The position numbers and the translations under genes are program-made. 13,646 nt of DNA from NCBI GenBank assembly GCA_003221005.1, contig QHTZ01000062.1, positions 1 to 13,646 on the forward strand, written 5' to 3'. The notes under the pieces were generated by a model. It was not told where the DNA came from. It ran no database searches and saw nothing but the letters and a program-made list of their open reading frames with translations. The DNA comes from Gemmatimonadota bacterium (lineage in GTDB: Bacteria; Gemmatimonadota; Gemmatimonadetes; Gemmatimonadales; GWC2-71-9). Shown here one piece after another: positions 8,686 to 13,646 of this stretch; within the stretch, counting starts at the first letter, position 1; each line of letters opens with the position of its first letter.

Positions 8686-10034
8686 GCCGGAGCGCCTCCG
8701 CTCCCGGCGGGCGCCACGTCCGGCGGGGACTCCTCGTCGCCGCCCTCTTCGGTGAGCTCGTTGACGAATGCCATCAGCTTGTCGGTGAGCTCCGGAGTCA
8801 TGCCCTCCATGCGTTCCACCTCTTCCCGCTCGAGGTCGAGCACGTCCTGCAACGTCTTCTTGCCCGCCCGCTCGAGGACGGCCACCAGCTCAGGTGAGAG
8901 GCCTTGCATCTCGCTCAAGGCAACCTTGACGACCTGCTCCTCCTCGGGCGGAAGCGGCGCGAACAGCGGGCCCTCGCCGCCGCGCTCCAGCCACTCGCGG
9001 CTCGAGTAGAGGTCGATCTTCCAGCCCGTGAGCTCCGAGGCGAGGCGGACGTTCTGGCCGTTGCGCCCGATGGCGAGGGACAGCTGGTCCTCGTCCACGA
9101 TCGCCTGAATCGTCTTGGTTTCCGGATCGGAGAACACTCGCGCCACGCGCGCAGGAGCGAGCGACAGTTTGGCGAAGCGCTCGGGATCGGGCGACCACGG
9201 GACGATATCGATCCGCTCGCCGCCGAGCTCGTTCACCACCGCCTGCACCCGCGAGCCCTTAAGGCCCACGCAGGCGCCGACGGGGTCGATCGAGTCGTCG
9301 CGCGACGAGACGGCGATCTTGGTGCGGCTCCCGGCCTCGCGGGCGGTGGCGCGGATTTCGACCACCCCCTGCTGGATCTCGGGCACCTCGAGCTTGAACA
9401 GCGCCTTCACGAACATCGGGTCGCCGCGGGACAGGATCAGCCGCGGCCCCTTCGGGGTCTCCTCGATGCGTTTGAGCACGGCGCGAATCGTGTCGCCCTG
9501 ATGGAAGTGCTCGCGGTGGTTCTGCTCGCGGTAGGGGATGATCGCCTCGGCTTCGCGGAACTTGGCGAGCATCACGACGATCTTGCCACGCTCGATCTGC
9601 TGCACTTCTCCCGAGAGCAAGTCGCCGACTTTGCTGGAGAACTCCTCCCGGATCCGGGTGCGCTCCCCTTCCCGCACGCGCTGGATGATGCGCTGCTTCG
9701 CCGCCTGCACGGCGGTGCGTCCGAACGCCTCGAACGGCACTTCCTCTTCCAGCACGTCACCCACCTGGAAGTCGGGGTCCTCGAAGCGCGCCTCTTCGAC
9801 CGACACCTGGCCGCCCGGATCCTCCACGTTCTCGACCACGGTGCGGAGCACAACGATCTTGATCGTGCCCTTGAGTTCGTCGATGCCGATCTCGGCTCGC
9901 ACGTTGGGCCCGTAGCGCTTCACTAGGGCGGCATGCAGGCCGTCGCGCAACAGATCGAGCAACTCGCCGCGATCGAGTTGCTTGGTGTTCGTCAGCTCGC
10001 GAATCGCGGATACAACATCGGTGGTATTCGCCAT
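8682..10034 (-). CDS. nusA: Transcription termination/antitermination factor NusA
   Basis: [11 protein letters not shown], an S1 domain, KH motifs [28 protein letters not shown] and [22 protein letters not shown], and an acidic C-terminal extension. SD-like GAGGA upstream. Confidence 0.99.
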   Translation of the reverse strand: MANTTDVVSAIRELTNTKQLDRGELLDLLRDGLHAALVKRYGPNVRAEIGIDELKGTIKIVVLRTVVENVEDPGGQVSVEEARFEDPDFQVGDVLEEEVPFEAFGRTAVQAAKQRIIQRVREGERTRIREEFSSKVGDLLSGEVQQIERGKIVVMLAKFREAEAIIPYREQNHREHFHQGDTIRAVLKRIEETPKGPRLILSRGDPMFVKALFKLEVPEIQQGVVEIRATAREAGSRTKIAVSSRDDSIDPVGACVGLKGSRVQAVVNELGGERIDIVPWSPDPERFAKLSLAPARVARVFSDPETKTIQAIVDEDQLSLAIGRNGQNVRLASELTGWKIDLYSSREWLERGGEGPLFAPLPPEEEQVVKVALSEMQGLSPELVAVLERAGKKTLQDVLDLEREEVERMEGMTPELTDKLMAFVNELTEEGGDEESPPDVAPAGSGGAPA

Positions 10035-10066
10035 CAGTGTGTCCTCATCAAATCGTCAGCCCTCAG

Positions 10067-10522
10067 CTACAGGTCCACGGCAAGCCGCGCGTCCCGAATG
10101 TCCGCAAGCCGCACCGTGCGGGCTTCACGTCCCGCCGGCTCGAGCACCACAGTCCCCTCATTGGGCACCGCGACGATGCGCGCGCGAATCCGGCCGAGTC
10201 CCGCGACGGTGGCTTGCACCTCGCTCCCGACGAACCGCATCCAGTGGCGCGGCCACCGCAGCGGGCGGTCGAGGCCGGGGCTCGAGACCTCGAGTATGTA
10301 TCGAGAACCCAGTGGCCCGCCCTGGTCCAGCCACGCCTCCAACGCGCGGCTCGCCCTGGCGCAATCGTCTACCGTGACGCGTCGCGCTTCGTCCGGCGGC
10401 CATTCGATGCGGACTTGGACTAGCGGCCGGTTCGGCGTGCCGCCGATGCGGAGATCAGCCAGGTCGAGCCCGAGTTCGCCGAGCTTAGCCCGGAACGGCT
10501 CGATGAGGCTCTCGGAGAGCAT
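10067..10522 (-). CDS. rimP: Ribosome maturation factor RimP
   Basis: Motifs VTVDDCARASR.LEAWLD and YILEVSSPGLDRPL; canonical position upstream of nusA. Confidence 0.96.
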   Translation of the reverse strand: MLSESLIEPFRAKLGELGLDLADLRIGGTPNRPLVQVRIEWPPDEARRVTVDDCARASRALEAWLDQGGPLGSRYILEVSSPGLDRPLRWPRHWMRFVGSEVQATVAGLGRIRARIVAVPNEGTVVLEPAGREARTVRLADIRDARLAVDL

Positions 10523-10554
10523 AAAAAAAAGCGCGGGCCGAACTTCGCCCGCTC
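10523..10554 (-). terminator. rimP leader: intrinsic terminator-like hairpin plus U8 directly before the rimP ATG
   Basis: Minus strand reads GA GCGGGC GAAGTTCG GCCCGC GC TTTTTTTT ATG: a 6-bp GC stem (10547-10552 with 10533-10538) and a T-tract at 10523-10530. Confidence 0.8.
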
Positions 10555-10562
10555 ACGGAGGG

Positions 10563-10590
10563 AATCTAGCCGGCCCCCCGCCGCTGTCAA
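10563..10590 (-). promoter_or_regulatory. sigma70-type promoter for the rimP-nusA-infB operon
   Basis: Minus strand TTGACA (10585-10590), 16-nt spacer, TAGATT (10563-10568). A perfect -35 hexamer in very GC-rich DNA; it overlaps the pgeF TGA stop. Confidence 0.75.
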
Positions 10591-11378
10591 GCGAGCGGTC
10601 GGCCCAAGTACGCCACCATGCGACCGTCCCGCCCGGCGGAGGCGCGGTGCGAGAAGAACCGCGCGTGGTCGTGCGCACTGCACCACGGGCTCACCGAAAT
10701 CTCACCCACGCCGAGCTGCCGCGCCTGCTCGGCGAGGATCGCCCGCAGGTCCACGGTGCGGTGGCCCGTTTCGGCCTGACCCGTGAAGCACGACAGCACC
10801 TCCGCGCCGACCTCGTAGCACTCCCCGCAAATCCCAACTCCGCAATGCATTACGATGTCGGCCGCACGCACGAACGCGTGCCGCTTGATGAGGTCGACGG
10901 CGCGCTCGAGGATCCCCGCCGCCACACCACGCCACCCGGCGTGCACCAGCGCGACCGCGCCCTGCTGCGGCGCCGCGAGGTAGACGGGAACGCAGTCCGC
11001 CACCGTGATGCTCAGCAGCACTCCGCGCGCGGCCGTGGCGTGACCGTCCACGCCGTCGAGGATCAGCCAGCCGTCCGCCCGCTGCTCGTGCCACGCGACG
11101 CTTGTCCCGTGGACCTGATGACTGAGGATCAGCGCCGGGAACCGCGGCAGGAACGCGGCGCGGAACGCGCGCCAGCGCGTCATCACCTGTCCCACGTTCT
11201 CCTCGCTCCACAGCCCCAGGCTGAACCCGTGACCCCGCGTCGTGATCCCGGCGACCACGCCATAGCGCTCGGCCCATTCCACCAGCTCCATCCGGGGGAT
11301 GGCGGGGTCGGCGAGGGGCTGTTCGCGGAGAGCGGGAAGGGCGGCAGAGGCGGCAAGGGCGGCACGCAAATCGGTCAT
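10587..11378 (-). CDS. pgeF: PgeF/YfiH-family peptidoglycan editing factor / purine nucleoside phosphorylase (laccase-like domain)
   Basis: Motifs HQVHG, DG, ITVADCVP, HAGWRG, GICGECYEVG, VDL and FFSHR...GRM, with the His-Cys-His triad intact. SD AAGGAGG at 11386-11392; ATGA overlap with murA. Confidence 0.93.
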   Translation of the reverse strand: MTDLRAALAASAALPALREQPLADPAIPRMELVEWAERYGVVAGITTRGHGFSLGLWSEENVGQVMTRWRAFRAAFLPRFPALILSHQVHGTSVAWHEQRADGWLILDGVDGHATAARGVLLSITVADCVPVYLAAPQQGAVALVHAGWRGVAAGILERAVDLIKRHAFVRAADIVMHCGVGICGECYEVGAEVLSCFTGQAETGHRTVDLRAILAEQARQLGVGEISVSPWCSAHDHARFFSHRASAGRDGRMVAYLGRPLA

Positions 11379-11416
11379 GTCGTCGCCTCCTTGCCGCCTT
11401 TGCCGCCCATGCCGCC
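11331..11416. repeat. Inverted pair of 9-bp tandem arrays (GGCGGCAnn)n flanking the murA/pgeF junction
   Basis: Left arm 11340-11366 is GGCGGCAGA GGCGGCAAG GGCGGCACG, with a degenerate AGCGGGAAG unit at 11331-11339. Right arm 11390-11416 is CTTGCCGCC TTTGCCGCC CATGCCGCC. 23 of 27 positions are complementary around a 23-nt loop. Confidence 0.88.
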
Positions 11417-12700
11417 ATCGTCAATTCTCTCGATCTGCGCACCCAGTGCCCGCAGACGCGTGTCGATCTGCTCATAGCCGCGCTCGATCTGTCCGATGTT
11501 GTGGATCACCGAGTCGCCACGCGCGGCGAGGGCGGCGAGGAGCATCGCCATACCGGCGCGGATGTCCGGGCTCTCGACGACCTGGCCGCGCAGCGCGGAC
11601 GGGCCGGCGATGACCGCGCGGTGGGGATCGCACAGCACGATGCGCGCGCCCATCCCGATGAGCTTGTCAACGAAGAACAGCCGCGATTCGAACAACTTCT
11701 CGAAGACGAGGAGCAGGCCGTCGCACTGGGTCGCGGTCACGATGGCGATCGACATCAGGTCCGCGGGAAACGCGGGCCACGGCCCGTCCTCGAGCTTGGG
11801 GACGTGACCACCGAGATCGGGCCGCACGCGCCGCTCCTGGTCGGCGTCGACGACGAGCTTCGTTCCGTCGAGCCGGGGATGCACGCCCAGGCGCTCGAAC
11901 GCGAGCAGCGTCGAGCGCAGGTCATCCCCCCGCACGCCCTCGATCGTGACGGCGCCGTTCGTGACCGCCGCGAGCCCGATGAAGGAGCCGACCTCGATGT
12001 GATCGGGGCCCACGGTGTGCGCAGCCGCACGCAGGCGCCCGCTGCGACCATCCACGGTCAGAGTGTTGGTGCCGATTCCGGCGATCGCGGCGCCGCAGGT
12101 GACGAGGAAGTGCGCGAGGTCCTGCACGTGGGGCTCACTGGCCGCGTTGCGCAACACGGTAGTACCGGGGACGGCCACTGCGGCCATCAAGGCGTTTTCG
12201 GTAGCCGTGACGCTCGGCTCGTCGAGGAAGATGTCCGCCGCGGCGAGCTTCTTGCCCTCGATCTGGTACGTGTCCCCGACCGTGATCTCCGCACCCAGTC
12301 GCTCGAGCGCGAGCAGGTGCGTGTCCACGCGACGGCGACCGATGATGTCTCCTCCCGGCGGGGGCAGGCTCACCCGGCCGAAGCGCGCGAGCATCGGACC
12401 GGCAAGCAGGATCGACGCGCGGATGCGCGCGCACAGGGCTGCGTCGAGCTCGCGCGACTCGGCGCGCGACGCATCGATGTCGACCGTGTTCGGTCCCGTC
12501 CAGCTCACTGCCGCACCCAGCCCTGCGAGCAGCGCGAGCATCGTCTCCACGTCGCGGATGTGGGGCACGTTGTCGATGCGGCAGGGGCCGTCGGTAAGGA
12601 GGGTCGCCGCGAGGATGGGGAGGGCCGCGTTCTTGTTGCCCGCGGGCCGGACCGTGCCCTTCAGGGGCCGCCCGCCGGAGACGCAGAACATCGCCGCCAT
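11375..12700 (-). CDS. murA: UDP-N-acetylglucosamine 1-carboxyvinyltransferase MurA (Asp-type)
   Basis: Motifs GNKNAALPILAA, RASILLAGP, PGGDIIGRR.VDTH, SVTATEN, NAASEP, PDHIE, PWPAFPADL, FESR, DIRAG and IERGYE. The start could alternatively be Met4 at 12691. Confidence 0.97.
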   Translation of the reverse strand: MAAMFCVSGGRPLKGTVRPAGNKNAALPILAATLLTDGPCRIDNVPHIRDVETMLALLAGLGAAVSWTGPNTVDIDASRAESRELDAALCARIRASILLAGPMLARFGRVSLPPPGGDIIGRRRVDTHLLALERLGAEITVGDTYQIEGKKLAAADIFLDEPSVTATENALMAAVAVPGTTVLRNAASEPHVQDLAHFLVTCGAAIAGIGTNTLTVDGRSGRLRAAAHTVGPDHIEVGSFIGLAAVTNGAVTIEGVRGDDLRSTLLAFERLGVHPRLDGTKLVVDADQERRVRPDLGGHVPKLEDGPWPAFPADLMSIAIVTATQCDGLLLVFEKLFESRLFFVDKLIGMGARIVLCDPHRAVIAGPSALRGQVVESPDIRAGMAMLLAALAARGDSVIHNIGQIERGYEQIDTRLRALGAQIERIDDGGMGGKGGKEATT

Positions 12701-12709
12701 GGTGCGCCC

Positions 12710-12739
12710 AACCTACGGCGCGGCTTGCATTCGCGTCAA
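12710..12739 (-). promoter_or_regulatory. Putative sigma70-type promoter for murA-pgeF
   Basis: Minus strand TTGACG (12734-12739), 18-nt spacer, TAGGTT (12710-12715), 9 nt before the murA ATG. No SD is visible. Confidence 0.5.
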
Positions 12740-12760
12740 GCGTTCGCGAACGTTCCGCCG

Positions 12761-13646
12761 ATGAATCCCGTCCTCGCGCTCGCGCTGCTCGCGATCGCCG
12801 GCGTGCTCGTGACGCGACTGCCCCGGTTCCCTGCCCCGCGCTCGCGGACGCTCGATCTCGTGCGGGCGGGCGGGGCGCCGCTCGTCCTGCTCGGCGTCGT
12901 CCTCGGGCCCGGCATCGCCGTGCTCGACCGCCCGACGCTCGCCGCCCTGGCGCCGGTGAGCGCGCTCGCCGTCGGGTGGGTCGGCGCCCGGCTCGGCGCG
13001 CGGTGCGAGTGGCGCCTGCTGCGGCGTGTCCGCCGGGAGAGCTGGGCGCTCATCACCGCGCAGGCAGTGGCTGGCGTCGGAGTGGGGTTCGTCGCCGCGT
13101 GGCTCGGCACGAGACTCGTGCCGGCGCTCGCGGCGGCGTGGACGCCGCACCTGCCGGCGGCGCTGACGCTCGGCGCCGTTGCCATCCTTCCCGGGGCGAG
13201 ACCCATGGAGCGCGCCGCCCGAGCGGCCGGGCTCGCCCCGAGACAAACCCGGTCGCTCCGGCGCGTCGCGCTGCTCGACGCGGCCTGCGGGACGCTCGCC
13301 TGCGCGATCGCCGTCGGGCTGGGGCACCCGCAGAGGAGCAGTCTCGTTCCGGGCTGGGCCGCGTGGCTCGCGGTCGAGGTCGGCGCCGCCACGATCGTCG
13401 CCACCGTGTTCCTCGGCCTCTCGCTGGTCACGCGCGACCGCGACGAGCTCGGGCTCGGCCTCCTCGGCGTGCTGCTCCTCGGCGCGGGACTGGGGTACGC
13501 CGCCGACCTCTCGCCGTTCGTCGTGTGCGCCCTCGCGGCGGCGCTGATCGTCAATCTCTCCCCCCAGCGGCGCCACGTGCGGACGCTGCTCGCTGCGTGG
13601 GAACGACCGACCTATGAGATCCTCCTGGTGCTCGTCGGCGCCGCCC
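12761..13646 (+). CDS. Cation:proton antiporter-like (CPA2/Na_H_Exchanger fold) polytopic membrane protein, 3' truncated
   Basis: Not in the ORF track; open from ATG 12761 to the window end. Reads MNPVLALALLAIAGVLV...LVLLGVVLGPGIAVLD...ALAVGWVGARLG...ALLDAACG...DLSPFVVCALAAALIVN...ERPTYEILLVLVGA. Many hydrophobic segments, strong GC3 bias, and GxxxGP, LSP..C..A..N and ExP.Y...VLxGA patterns typical of CPA2 proteins. Confidence 0.75.
   Translation, partial: MNPVLALALLAIAGVLVTRLPRFPAPRSRTLDLVRAGGAPLVLLGVVLGPGIAVLDRPTLAALAPVSALAVGWVGARLGARCEWRLLRRVRRESWALITAQAVAGVGVGFVAAWLGTRLVPALAAAWTPHLPAALTLGAVAILPGARPMERAARAAGLAPRQTRSLRRVALLDAACGTLACAIAVGLGHPQRSSLVPGWAAWLAVEVGAATIVATVFLGLSLVTRDRDELGLGLLGVLLLGAGLGYAADLSPFVVCALAAALIVNLSPQRRHVRTLLAAWERPTYEILLVLVGAA

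Noticed and set aside
10054-10067. Two heptamers (CGTCAGC, CCTCAGC) in the rimP-nusA spacer
   Set aside because: Only two imperfect copies, which could be chance, although they resemble the other short repeats.
10523-10530. A8 homopolymer as a phase-variation tract
   Set aside because: It is non-coding and better explained as the U-tract of the leader terminator.
10523-10586. Possible initiator tRNA (metY-like) or riboswitch upstream of rimP
   Set aside because: The gap is only 64 nt and is fully explained by the promoter and hairpin; no cloverleaf or T-loop motif is present.
11331-11416. CRISPR array or IS terminal inverted repeats
   Set aside because: Units are 9 bp with no spacers, and there is no cas gene, transposase or evident target-site duplication.
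79-12764. Many long plus-strand and alternate-frame ORFs, for example 497-1783, 1939-3396, 4415-5743, 6803-7903 and 9933-11477
   Set aside because: These are shadow ORFs antisense to or overlapping well-identified housekeeping genes. They are expected in high-GC DNA and show Arg/Pro/Ala-rich composition with no recognisable motifs.
12713-13617. ORF-track calls 12713-13576 (-), 12736-13554 (-), 12976-13617 (+) and 13179-13547 (+)
   Set aside because: The plus-strand frame from 12761 gives a coherent membrane protein with proper GC3 bias; the other frames are its shadows.

Overview
High-GC bacterial core-genome window. The gene set and protein style suggest Gemmatimonadota, but this is an inference. 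The minus strand carries murA and pgeF, then a tightly packed 11-gene run: rimP, nusA, ylxQ (L7Ae), infB, DUF503, rbfA, truB, ribF, secD, secF, tatD (tatD cut by the left edge). A divergent plus-strand gene for a degenerate cation:proton antiporter-like (CPA2) membrane protein starts at 12761 and runs off the right edge. The ORF track missed both edge-truncated genes. I see no mobile element, CRISPR array, tRNA or rRNA, and no clearly new multi-gene system. The notable points are small-scale: (1) a 9-bp-unit inverted repeat folding around the murA stop/pgeF start and its Shine-Dalgarno site; (2) short tandem repeats inside tatD and truB; (3) a sigma70-type promoter followed by a terminator-like rimP leader abutting the start codon; (4) a Cys-to-Asp MurA predicted to be fosfomycin-insensitive; (5) an antiporter homologue apparently missing a key acidic residue.
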